Assembly: GCA_963801355.1 (NCBI GenBank)
Contig: CAWDEM010000008.1
Span: forward strand, 512,001-576,000
From: Ignavibacteriota bacterium
GTDB lineage: Bacteria > Bacteroidota > Ignavibacteria > UBA10030 > UBA6906
DNA: 64,000 nucleotides
Direction of reading: 5' to 3'
The notes under the pieces: generated by a model
The model's input: only the letters and a program-made list of their open reading frames with translations
What the model was told of the DNA's origin: nothing
Databases searched by the model: none
Program-made: the position numbers and the translations under genes
Part shown: positions 25,956-35,996 of the stretch, in pieces
How positions within the stretch are numbered: the stretch's first letter is position 1
Layout of the letters: each line of letters starts with the position of its first letter

Positions 25956-27761
25956 TTAGCGCATGACGGGAAACGACTTCAAAGGGGCCGCGGCACGCAT
26001 TTCCGGATCGAACACGAGGATCTCATTTGACCCGGCCTTGAGCCACGGGCCGGGGATGTACAAACGCCGCTGCGGGCCGATGTTCCAGTAGCGCCCGAGA
26101 TTCCGGCCGTTGACCCATACCACCCCCTTTTTCCATCCGCCCATGTCGAGAAACGTATCGCCGGTATTCACCAGCTGAAATGTGCCGCGGAAAAAGGATG
26201 GCGCGCGTGCTGTATCGGCAGCGGCGAATGTGATCCCGCGGAGGTAACTCTCTTCGAACGGAAGCGGAAAGACGTCCCACTCCAGTAATGTCACACCTCT
26301 CAGAGTCACCCAGTCAGTAATGCCCTTCCGGTCGATGAGCCTGGACCCGAAGTTGATCCTGCCCATCCCTTCCACCAGAATATCGAGGACCGGATGCGGT
26401 GTGTGCGTCGGGGGAATCTCCACTGTGTTCTGGTCCCATCGCCGTTCGAGGCGGCCGACGAACACCCCATCGAGGAACACGTAGCCGATGTCATGGAGTC
26501 CTTCTATTGTCAATTTCCCGCTCGTGGGACTGCGCAGCACTGCGCGATACAGAATGAAGCCGTAGTTCTGGCCGTAGGCTTCCATGCTCTTGATTCCGGC
26601 GGATCGAATCGGCCCAGGAAGATTGTCGAACAACGGTGCAGTCTCCGTGATCCGTATGTTGTCGATGCCGAGGAAATGCGCGCCGGGAGGAAGCTCGGGC
26701 AGCGGCGTTCCATCGGGTTGATACCTGGCAAGGAGCCTACGGAATGCCGAATATTTGTCCGTGGGTCTGCCGGCCTCGTCGAGTGGAGCGTCATAGTCGT
26801 AACTCGTGATGTCCGCCTTGTAGCCGTTGTCCCAGTTTGCTCCTGCCGACCAGCCGAAATTCGTGCCGCCATGGAACATATACAGGTTGAACGACCTCCC
26901 GGTGGTGAGCATCCATTGCAGGTCCTTGACGTTCTTCTGAATATCCGATTTCCCCCACGCCTCGTTTCCCCAGTGGGTGAACCATCCGCACCAGTACTCG
27001 CCGCACATCTGAGGAATGGCAGGCCGGAACTTCTCGAGCTCTGCAAACTCCTGTTCCGGCCCTCCGCCGAAATTCACCACGGGCAGTGCCCCCTCGACAT
27101 TCCCAGCTTCAAGGAGATGCTGCGCACCGCCGTCCGACGTGAAGAACGGGATGTCGAAACCCGCATTGCGATAGAGGTTGCGCAGGGTGTCCAGATACCC
27201 CCTGTCGTTGCCGTAGCTTCCGTATTCGTTTTCGACTTGCAGGAGAATGATCGGGCCTCCCCTGGAGATCTGGAGGCCGGCGAGTTCCTTGCCGACCCTG
27301 TCGACATAGCGGCGCACCGCGTTCATGTAGTGCTCGTCGAGGCAGCGTACGCGGATATCCGGCGTACGCAACAGCCACGCGGGAAGGCCCCCGAAGTCCC
27401 ATTCAGAACAGACATACGGCCCCGGGCGGATGATCACCTTCAACCCGGTCTCCCCTGCCGTGCGGATAAACGCAGCCACGTCAAGAATGCCATCGAAGGA
27501 AAAGTGTCCGGGCTCCTGCTCGTGCCAATTCCAGAACAGATACGTACAGACTGTATTGAGACCCATGGCGCGGGCTTTGAGCAGTCTGTCCTTCCAGTAT
27601 TCCCGGGGCACCCGCGGGTAGTGTATCTCGCCCGAGTAGATGCGGAAGGGTTTGCCGTTAAGGGTGAACGCTTGCTTCCCCACGGAGAAGTTCTGTGCGG
27701 ATGGTTGAGCACCGGCCAGGCAGGTTGAAATCAGGGCCGCAAGGAGGAGGCGTATTGGCAT
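25956..27761 (-). CDS. GH35 beta-galactosidase
   Basis: Motifs SGEIHYPRVP, GLNTVCTYLFWNWHE, RPGPYVCSEWDFGGLPAWL, QVENEYG, YMFHGGTNFG and TSYDYDAPLDEAG. Confidence 0.93.
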   Translation of the reverse strand: MPIRLLLAALISTCLAGAQPSAQNFSVGKQAFTLNGKPFRIYSGEIHYPRVPREYWKDRLLKARAMGLNTVCTYLFWNWHEQEPGHFSFDGILDVAAFIRTAGETGLKVIIRPGPYVCSEWDFGGLPAWLLRTPDIRVRCLDEHYMNAVRRYVDRVGKELAGLQISRGGPIILLQVENEYGSYGNDRGYLDTLRNLYRNAGFDIPFFTSDGGAQHLLEAGNVEGALPVVNFGGGPEQEFAELEKFRPAIPQMCGEYWCGWFTHWGNEAWGKSDIQKNVKDLQWMLTTGRSFNLYMFHGGTNFGWSAGANWDNGYKADITSYDYDAPLDEAGRPTDKYSAFRRLLARYQPDGTPLPELPPGAHFLGIDNIRITETAPLFDNLPGPIRSAGIKSMEAYGQNYGFILYRAVLRSPTSGKLTIEGLHDIGYVFLDGVFVGRLERRWDQNTVEIPPTHTPHPVLDILVEGMGRINFGSRLIDRKGITDWVTLRGVTLLEWDVFPLPFEESYLRGITFAAADTARAPSFFRGTFQLVNTGDTFLDMGGWKKGVVWVNGRNLGRYWNIGPQRRLYIPGPWLKAGSNEILVFDPEMRAAAPLKSFPVMR

Positions 27762-27794
27762 AAAAGACTCCTGAATCACGCGGAGTCGATCGGG

Positions 27795-29159
27795 TTACTT
27801 GAGAATTACGAGTCTCATGGTTTTGACGAAGCCGCCGGCCTCCATCCGGTAGAAATAGACTCCACTCGGCAGGCCGGATGCGTTGAAGGTCACGCTGTGA
27901 ACACCCGGCTCCAGCTTTTCGTTGACAAGCAGAGCCACATCCCGCCCGAGCAGGTCGTACACTTTGAGAATTGTGAATTGTGGATCCACAATCGAAAATC
28001 GTATGGTCGTACTCGGATTGAAGGGATTGGGGTAGTTCTGGGACAGCTGGTATCCATCCGGCACTGACACATCGAACGGGGATTGGTCCGCCGATGCAAT
28101 CATTGTTTCATCCGGAGAGAACGTATACCCTACGCCGCCCTTGTCGAACCAGGAATGGGACAAGTCGTTCTTGTTGAAGACATACGAGTATCCATTGGAT
28201 TTCGCAGGATCGTGCACTATGGGATCACCATTTGCGTTGAATCCGGCGAGCATCATGAGGTGGCCCGAATAGAGCGGCAGGCCGACAGACATGGCGATGC
28301 GCCCCCCGTTGGCGAGGACGTCTCGTGCCTGGCTCCAGGCGCGGTACCGTGTGACGGCGCCGTCCAATCCGTATTCGGCGGCATTCTGCACAACCCTCGG
28401 CCAGATGCCGAACATGTCGTACCATGGATCGCGCGTTGCACGTGCGAACTGCAGGGGATCCACGGCGATATTGTAACTCCGCAGGATCATGGAAACCGAT
28501 GTCGGAGAACAAATGCTGCCGCCGATATCGGGATCGACACCATACTGGTAGATGAAGTTCGTCGGAATGAGAATCGACGCCGGTTTGTCATTAAGGATCT
28601 GATTGAAATCCAGCGACGATGTGGTCCGGGAGTCGCTCACGGCAAAACTCAGCTTGTACAGGCTCGGGGACGATTGGCCGATCCCGGTGCGGGTCATGAT
28701 GATCTTGAATTGCCAGGCACTCACATACGAGTTCAGTTTCACGTAGTCATAGTCGACCAGGCCGCCACCATAGCTGGTGGACCCGTAGGTGCTCCATATG
28801 TTCGCCCTCCAGAATCCGACGGTCAACCAGGGGGACCAGCCGGTGCTGTAGGGAAAACGCATCTGGATCTTGAACGAACTGCCGTTCTCCGGTGCTGAAC
28901 CGTTCCACGACGGCAACCCATGGTTGAAGGGGTACTGTGCAGACTGGGGCTTCAGGATAATGAATCCGTCCGTCCGGTCCGGCTGGAGGAGCAGCCGCTT
29001 TCCGTCCCCGCTGAGCACCAGGCCGTCATTCGTTTCGATATACTGCACCAATGAATCTATCCGCAGTACGTAGTGCTGATCGGGAAAATTTTGTGCACGC
29101 AGTGGTTGAGAAATCAGCAGGCACACGCTGAAGACGCGGAGAGCGGTACGAAGCATCAT
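27795..29159 (-). CDS. C39-like cysteine peptidase family protein with T9SS CTD
   Basis: Catalytic-like ICSPTSVSMIL, GHLMMLAGF and VHDPA; C-terminal LSQNYPNPFNPSTTI...SGVYFYRM...MRLVILK. Confidence 0.82.
   Translation of the reverse strand: MMLRTALRVFSVCLLISQPLRAQNFPDQHYVLRIDSLVQYIETNDGLVLSGDGKRLLLQPDRTDGFIILKPQSAQYPFNHGLPSWNGSAPENGSSFKIQMRFPYSTGWSPWLTVGFWRANIWSTYGSTSYGGGLVDYDYVKLNSYVSAWQFKIIMTRTGIGQSSPSLYKLSFAVSDSRTTSSLDFNQILNDKPASILIPTNFIYQYGVDPDIGGSICSPTSVSMILRSYNIAVDPLQFARATRDPWYDMFGIWPRVVQNAAEYGLDGAVTRYRAWSQARDVLANGGRIAMSVGLPLYSGHLMMLAGFNANGDPIVHDPAKSNGYSYVFNKNDLSHSWFDKGGVGYTFSPDETMIASADQSPFDVSVPDGYQLSQNYPNPFNPSTTIRFSIVDPQFTILKVYDLLGRDVALLVNEKLEPGVHSVTFNASGLPSGVYFYRMEAGGFVKTMRLVILK
27977..27992. 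repeat. perfect 16-bp palindrome ATTGTGGATCCACAAT inside CTD coding sequence (copy 2)
   Basis: Read directly; identical to 12814-12829. Confidence 0.9.
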
Positions 29160-29261
29160 AGAATTCCCGGAAAGCTCACAGAAAAACTCCGACCCATTGC
29201 ACTGAAGATGAGGGGAAGGGTCACCAACTCAGCATACGAATCCTCTGACTCATAATCAACG

Positions 29262-29462
29262 CTATGGCGTACCCAGGATCCTATCGATCACATGCCGTTC
29301 GTGCGCAACTGCTTCACCCTGGGTAGCAAACCATTTTTCCTCGGCGTCATCAGGATTCCGGCTATTGGTGCACAGAAACATGGTCTGGTTCCCGATTTTG
29401 TCGGACATCACGACAATCTCCACACCACGATGTGTCGCTTTGGTCGTTGTTGTTGTCTTCAT
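29262..29462 (-). CDS. small hypothetical protein (66 aa)
   Basis: Strong GAGGAG RBS 2 nt before the ATG; co-oriented, 35 nt downstream of the radical SAM gene. Confidence 0.65.
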   Translation of the reverse strand: MKTTTTTKATHRGVEIVVMSDKIGNQTMFLCTNSRNPDDAEEKWFATQGEAVAHERHVIDRILGTP

Positions 29463-29497
29463 AGCTCCTCTTCCGGACTGTCACGAGACGAGAATAG

Positions 29498-31489
29498 CTA
29501 TTTCCCTTCTACAAGGAGGTGCCTGAGGAATTTGACGCCGTTCACCCATTCGAACAGCCACACCTCGATCCAGCGGAGCGGATTCCAGAAGTGGAGGTAC
29601 CACTGCCGCCAGATGCGTTGCGCGTATGCCCTGGTGTGAGCGGCTGCCAGCGGGTTGTGCTTGCGCAGCCAGATGGTCACGACCGAAGGAACCTCAACTT
29701 CCGGCATCTGGTCGCGGAGTTGCCTGTAGAGAACCACGAGTTCTCTTGCCGGCAGTCCCCGCCAGTCGGCAACGCCGTGCCTTGTGCTTGCGATGAGGTC
29801 GTACAACGCTTCTTCCACCTTGCTCTTTGGACGGCTTCGCAGCCAGACCTCTTCGAGCTGGAAGAAGAGCTTCACAATTCCCCAGAGGCGCTTCGTGATG
29901 GTCTGGAGGCGGTGCCAGTAAAATGACAGAAATCCCTCGGGTTGAAAGCCCGGCCGGCGGTCGTTCCGGTGCCGCACCGTCCAGAATCCGCAATTCATCG
30001 GATGGAGACGTTCCACGCGTGACGCATACAAATACGCCGTGAAGAAGAACAGGCGGTTCCAATAATAGGACCAGTCGTGCCGCCAGACCTTCAGCACGTC
30101 GACCATATGTTCGATGGAATAGAATTGATTCCAGGCGTTGTGGTAGGACTGCATCAGTTCTTCGGGGGTCATGCGTTCGGGAGCCACCGCGACGTGTGCT
30201 GAATCATACGTGTTGAAATCTTTTTCCAGCCACCGGCGCTCACGCCACCACCGCTGATGATCTGCCGATCCGGGAAGCGGCGAAAGGATATAGAACGACG
30301 CCGAGTCAAATCCGATGCGCTGGAGCTCGGCGATATCCTGTGTGATGCTTGCAGGTGTGTCGAATGGAAGGCCGAGGATGTAACCGGCATGGCATGCGAT
30401 GCCGAGTCCGTGCAAGTGATCTGCGAGATCTTTGTAGTCAGCGACGCGGTTCTGAAATTTGCCCTGGGAACGGAGGTTGTCGCGATTCACACTTTCCACG
30501 CCGAAGAATACCTGGTTGCATCCGGCTCGTGCCGCGAGAGTAAAGAAGTCGCCGGGCGGTATCTTCCGGGCCGCCAGGTCGCTTTGCATCATGAATGTGA
30601 ACGGTATATGTTCCTCTTCGCGCAGACGGGCGAGTCCGGCAAAGAGCTCTCGCCACCGGGGATTTCTTGCGATGTTATCGTCAGTGAAAAAACTGTGAAT
30701 GATTCCCGTTTCATGATAATTCCGTCGCACGAACTCAATGACCTGTTCCGGTTCACGGCAGCGCATTGTGCGGCCCTGCACGTTGATGATTGTGCAGAAC
30801 TCGCATGTAAAGACGCATCCCCGCCCCGTATCGATGGTACTGTAGGGCGATGCGAACCCGTTGAGATCGTCTTTTGTCAGGCGGGGTGTCGGAATGCGTG
30901 AAAGATCGGGAGTCGGGTTCAGGAAGTTGTAGAGCGGCTCAGCACGGTCCGCGAGCACATCCTCCACGATGGAGGGGAGGCGCTCGCCTTCCACTTCACC
31001 GGCCACAAGAATGATTCCGCTGCACAGTGCGCTTCTCAGGTCAGCCGTCAGGCCGACCATGGCAAGCATGCCGCTCACGTGAAACCCGCCGATCATGACG
31101 GTGATGCCGCGCGGCAGGAACCAGGAGGCGATGTCCAGTGCCCGCGGGTACTGATTCGTCTGGACGCCGACGATCATGACGATTGTTTTCACGCCCGGAA
31201 GTGCGGCACGCTTCTTGATATCCTCTATCGGCACCCGTTGAATTGCTTCATCGATGAGGCGGACATTGACAGGCAGGTCTTTGAAGAACGGGTAGTTGAC
31301 GAGATCCCCCGCCAACGCACCCATCTGGGTCAGCGTATTGCTGCGGATGACGCCGATGCGCATCTGGATGGGATACCCGTCGTCAGTGTAGTTTGTGGGA
31401 CGGATGAGGGTTATATCCAGCTCGCGCACGCCGCGTGCGAGAGCTCCCCCGGAGCGGCGTATTCCTTCCACGTCAACGACCTGTTGCAT
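29498..31489 (-). CDS. radical SAM protein with N-terminal B12-binding-like domain
   Basis: GRGCVFTCEFC (CxxxCxxC), IGGFHVSG, FFTDDN, FFGVES, GYILGLPFDT and SPLPGS. Confidence 0.85.
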   Translation of the reverse strand: MQQVVDVEGIRRSGGALARGVRELDITLIRPTNYTDDGYPIQMRIGVIRSNTLTQMGALAGDLVNYPFFKDLPVNVRLIDEAIQRVPIEDIKKRAALPGVKTIVMIVGVQTNQYPRALDIASWFLPRGITVMIGGFHVSGMLAMVGLTADLRSALCSGIILVAGEVEGERLPSIVEDVLADRAEPLYNFLNPTPDLSRIPTPRLTKDDLNGFASPYSTIDTGRGCVFTCEFCTIINVQGRTMRCREPEQVIEFVRRNYHETGIIHSFFTDDNIARNPRWRELFAGLARLREEEHIPFTFMMQSDLAARKIPPGDFFTLAARAGCNQVFFGVESVNRDNLRSQGKFQNRVADYKDLADHLHGLGIACHAGYILGLPFDTPASITQDIAELQRIGFDSASFYILSPLPGSADHQRWWRERRWLEKDFNTYDSAHVAVAPERMTPEELMQSYHNAWNQFYSIEHMVDVLKVWRHDWSYYWNRLFFFTAYLYASRVERLHPMNCGFWTVRHRNDRRPGFQPEGFLSFYWHRLQTITKRLWGIVKLFFQLEEVWLRSRPKSKVEEALYDLIASTRHGVADWRGLPARELVVLYRQLRDQMPEVEVPSVVTIWLRKHNPLAAAHTRAYAQRIWRQWYLHFWNPLRWIEVWLFEWVNGVKFLRHLLVEGK

Positions 31490-31676
31490 AGATCTCTCCC
31501 TCCCGACAATTATCCATGAAAAGCTCTTCGTTCAACATACCAGTCACACCCCTGAAGTGGAATAGCCTGAAAGGTTGGAAAAAGAACTGGTCCTTTGGGA
31601 CTACTCGAACGAGGCCCCCCCTCGACAAACTCACGCCGGTTTTGTATCTTCTTTCATGACAACCAGAGGAACACCC

Positions 31677-32765
31677 ATGTCCAATCTCCGCCTCCCTGCC
31701 TGTTTCGGGCTGCTCGCCTTCGTGCTGGCTGGCTGTGCTGCCGATATCGTCGAAAGGGCCGTGCACAACGATCGCATGAATTTCAACGAAGCCATCGTCC
31801 AATCATGGAACGAGCAGCTTCTGTTAAATCTGGTCCGGCTTCGCTACCGGGACAACCCCCTGTTTCTTGAAATGGGCGGAGTGATCGCGGGATACAGCCT
31901 GAGGGGCAGCGCGGTTCTGGGGGGAGGTACAACCTTTCAGTCGCCGCTGACCGGCGATTGGCGGCTCAACCTCGGAGGGGAATACACCACATCGCCAACG
32001 CTCACGTATTTTCCCCTGCAGGGAGAGGATTTTGCCACCCGGCTGCTCTCACCCATTAGTCCGTCAATGATCCTGTTCCTCTCGCAATCGGGCTGGAGCG
32101 TCGAGCGGCTCTTTACACTCTGTGTTCAGCAGGCGAACGAAGTGCCCAACGCTGTCTCCGCATCGGGTCCGACTCCCGATCTTGCGCCGGAGTACGAACG
32201 ATCGCACCAGGTGTTCGAGGCGATGCGGACACTCCAGAAAAAGGGGCTCATCGAGGGGGCGCTCGACAAAGACGGGAAGACCGTCCTGTTGTATATTCGC
32301 AACAACGCGAATGGTTCCACCGATCCGGCGGCTGTGAAGGTCAGGGAGTTACTGGACCTCGATCCCAATGCTCCGATGTACCGGCTTGTGCCCTCGTACG
32401 TCCGTGAAGGCAAGGATGAGATTGCGGTGATGGGCCGGTCGATCCTGTCAGTGATGTTTTTTCTCTCTCAGGCCGTCGAAGTGCCTGCGACACATGCCAG
32501 TCAGGGGAAGGTGACCGTCACCATGCGCAGTGACGGCACGCCCTTCGATTGGTCTCAGGTGATGGGCAGGGTGTTTCGTGTGCAGGTATCCCCCACCGAA
32601 CCGGACAATGCCTATGTCCGTGTCTACTACCGGGATCACTGGTTCTACATCGCTGATTCCGACCTCAACACAAAAACGACGTTCAGTTTGCTGACGTACC
32701 TTTTCAATCTGAAGGCAGCCGGGAAGGGCGGGCAGGAACCGCTGTTGAGTTATCCGATACGGTAG
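31677..32765 (+). CDS. hypothetical lipoprotein
   Basis: Lipobox LAGC; FNEAIVQSWNEQLLLNLVRLRYRDNPLFL and VYYRDHWFYIADSD motifs; GAGGA RBS. Confidence 0.75.
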   Translation: MSNLRLPACFGLLAFVLAGCAADIVERAVHNDRMNFNEAIVQSWNEQLLLNLVRLRYRDNPLFLEMGGVIAGYSLRGSAVLGGGTTFQSPLTGDWRLNLGGEYTTSPTLTYFPLQGEDFATRLLSPISPSMILFLSQSGWSVERLFTLCVQQANEVPNAVSASGPTPDLAPEYERSHQVFEAMRTLQKKGLIEGALDKDGKTVLLYIRNNANGSTDPAAVKVRELLDLDPNAPMYRLVPSYVREGKDEIAVMGRSILSVMFFLSQAVEVPATHASQGKVTVTMRSDGTPFDWSQVMGRVFRVQVSPTEPDNAYVRVYYRDHWFYIADSDLNTKTTFSLLTYLFNLKAAGKGGQEPLLSYPIR

Positions 32766-32790
32766 AATGGCCGGAGGGGTGGGGAAAGTG

Positions 32791-32864
32791 TGCGCCCAGA
32801 GGGAGTCGAACCCCCAACCGTCAGATCCGAAGTCTGATGCTCTATCCAGTTGAGCTATGGGCGC
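32791..32864 (-). tRNA. tRNA-Arg (anticodon TCG), CCA not encoded
   Basis: GCGCCCA acceptor stem pairing with TGGGCGC; D arm AGCTCAACTGGATAGAGC; anticodon arm TCAGA-CTTCGGA-TCTGA; T loop GGTTCGACTCC. Confidence 0.95.
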
Positions 32865-32875
32865 AGCGTGTATGT

Positions 32876-35800
32876 TCAGGCGGTCTGTTGCCCGGACCTC
32901 CTTGCCATCCAGGCCTTTACCTTTTGTCCTCTTTGCTCCGCCACGATGTAAATCACGGGCACAACCAGCAGTGTCAATATAGTACCGACGGTCAAGCCCC
33001 CCATGACTGATCTCGCCATAGGTGCCCAGCTCTCGCCGCTTTCCCCTACGCCAAGGGCGAGCGGAAACAGCCCGAGAATTGTCGTCAGCGCTGTCATCAG
33101 CACCGGACGGAGGCGGACCAGTCCCGCCTTCTCCACTGCTTCAAACAATTCCATGCCCTGGCGCCGCAGCTGATTCATGTAGTCGACGAGAACAATGCCG
33201 TTGTTGACGATGATCCCGACGAGCATCACGATGCCCACCAGCGACATGACATTGAGATTAGTCCCCGTCACTACAAGTCCCAGGGTCACGCCGATGACCG
33301 AGAGCGGGATAGTGAAGATGATGATGAACGGGTCAACCAGCGACTCGAATTGCGACGCCATTACCATGTAGGTCAGGAGAATGGCGACGAGGGCGGCCAG
33401 CCCCAGATACATGAACGACTCCTGTTGTTCTTTTGCCGCGCCGCTGATTTCCAGCCGGACCTCGTTCGGCACGGAGAGCCCGCGCAGCACTTTCTCGACA
33501 TCGCGTGTTGCGCCGCTCAAGTCCCTCCCGGACACGTCGAGTGTCACAGTGGCGAGTCGCTCCTGGTCTTCGCGGTTGATTTCGCGCGGGGCGGTGGAGT
33601 ATGAGACGTCCGCAACGGAGCGCAGCGGGACCTGTTTTCCTGCCGGGGTCATGATCAGGAGGTTCTCCAGATCCTCCTTGCTGAGCCGGGCCTCCTCCGT
33701 CAGCTGCACGCGGATGTTGTATTCATCCCCTCCTTCCCGGAAGATAGTCGCCACAGTGCCCAGGATGCTTGTGCTAATGGTGTTCCCGACCTGTGTCGTG
33801 CTGAGCCCGAGATCCGCAATCCGGCGGCGGTCGGGAGTGATTTTGAGTTCGGGCCGCGTCGCCTTGATACTTGCTTCCGCCTGTACGATGCCTTCCACGT
33901 TGCGCACGGCCTTCACTATCTGGGTGCTCACGGCTTCTGTGACGGCGAGATCGTGACTGAAGATCTGGACGATGATATCGCCGCCCGTGCCCATCATTGT
34001 TTCTGCGCCCCGGTCGGCAAATCGCACGTTCACATCAGAGAGCGTCTTCACGGTGTCTCGCAAGTCGTCTTGAATCTCAAACATGCTCCGGCTTCGCTGC
34101 GAGCGGTTCTTCAGACGTATGCTCAGGTCTCCTTCGTTTGAGGCTTGAGACGAGAACATCGCCATGATCCCTTCTCCCTGTCCGAAATTGATGAAGACCA
34201 TTTCCGCCTCGGGAACGAGGCCCATGACGATTTCGTTGAGCTGCTTTGCACTTTTCTCCATGGCGGGGAGGCTGGTGCCGGGCGAGCGGTCAAGCGTCAT
34301 GGACATGAAGCCCATGTCGTTTTGAGGCATGAAGTCGCCGCCCAGGTTCATCAGGACAAGGATCGCCACGACGAAAGCGCCGGTCGAGTACCAGAGCACC
34401 CGCGCGCGATGGAGGACGCACCAATGCAGCCACCCCGCGTAGAATCGGTGCAGTTTCTCGAGCCAGGTGCCCACATTCCGCCCGAAACGTTCCCAGAACC
34501 CCGGCTTGTGCGCGCGACCGTGACGTCCGAGAAAGCGGGATGCCAGGAGCGGGACGAGCGTCAATGCCACGAGCAGCGAAAGGGAGAGCGAGAAGCAGAT
34601 GGTAATCACCATCTCTTTGAAAAGTTCGCCCGCCAGCCCGGGGACGAACAGTACGGGGACGAAGACAGCCAAGGTTGTCAACGTTGAGGCTGTAATCGCC
34701 ATCGCCACCTCCGTCGTGCCGACATCCGCTGCCTCACGGGGCGCTTTCCCCTCCTGATTGTGGCGGAAGATGCTCTCGAGCACAACGATGGAGTTGTCGA
34801 CAATCATCCCCACGGCCAGCGCGAGCCCCGCCATGGAGATGATATTCAGCGTGAGTCCGGATTGATCCATCACGGCGAAGGTGACGATTATGGAAACCGG
34901 GATGGACACTGCCACGATGAGTGAACTGCGGACATTACGCAGGAAGAACAGCAGCACCAGAAAGGTGAGTCCCACCGCCTGGATAGCCGTTGATCCGAGA
35001 TTCGACATCGACTGGTTGATAAAGACCGACGTATCGTAGAATATCCCCAGTTTGACCCCCCGCGGGAGTTGTGACTCGACCAGCGCCATCCGTTTCACGA
35101 CTGCCCGGCAAACCTCCACCGTATTGGCGTCCGACTGTTTCTGAAGGGCAAGCATGACCGCCGGTTTTCCGTTGCTCCACACCTTCTGTCGTTGTTCCGC
35201 AAACCCATCGATGACCCTGGCGACATCCTTGACTCTGATGAGTGTCGCCCCCCGTACGGCAACGGTGGTATTCTCAATCTCATCCAGAGTGGAATATTCT
35301 CCGGCCGTCTGGAGACGTGAATTCCTGATTCTCGTCCTGGATCCATCCCGAGGGGGACTGGATGTTGTTCATGCGCAGTGCGCCGACAATCTGATCGAGG
35401 GTAACGTTTCTCGCCCGGAGCCGGCCCGGGTCGGCGAGCACTTTGATCTCGCGCCGCATGCCTCCGACGGTGAACGCGGAAGCGACGCCGGGGATGCGTT
35501 CGAGCCGCGGTTCAACGTCGTTTTCTGAAATACGCCGCAGCTCCGCCTGACCATGCAGCTGCGATTCGACGGTCATGTACATGATGGGTTGGCCGGAGAC
35601 ATCGAAAGCAAACAGCAACGGGTCTGTCATGTCGTCCGGAAACGTGCTGCGCACCAGGTCGAGGGCTTCGCGGATCTCGATCTTTGACTGGTCCATATCT
35701 GTGCCCCAGTCAAACTCCAGCATGACCAGGGAGATGCCCTCCGCCGAGGTCGAAGTGAGCTTCTTGACGTTTTTCACCGATGCGACAGATTTCTCGATGA

Positions 35801-35996
35801 TCCGCGTCACCACCGTTTCCATGTCCTCGGGCCCGACGCCCGTGTACTGGCTGATGACTGCGATCATCGGGAATTCAAGCTTCGGATAAAGGTCCAGCTT
35901 CAGGCGCACCAGCGAGAAAACGCCGAACCCGATCGCAATGAGATAAATCATCAGGGTCGTGACTGCCCGCCTGATGGATGACTGGGTGAGCTTCAT
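32876..35996 (-). pseudogene. AcrB/AcrF-family RND efflux transporter split by a +1 frameshift near 35315 (true pseudogene or sequence error)
   Basis: The N-terminal ORF 35996..35280 and the C-terminal ORF join seamlessly (..QEFT/LQTAGEYSTLDEI..) if one base is removed, giving 3120 nt = 1039 aa. GMIVDNSIVVLE and RLRPVLMT motifs are intact. Confidence 0.85.

Noticed and set aside
29000-32864. Possible genomic island integrated at the tRNA-Arg 3' end
   Set aside because: No integrase is present, I found no duplicated tRNA 3' fragment by eye, and there is no obvious composition shift.
35300-35325. Programmed ribosomal frameshift in the RND gene
   Set aside because: There is no slippery sequence or homopolymer at the junction, and I know of no precedent for this family.
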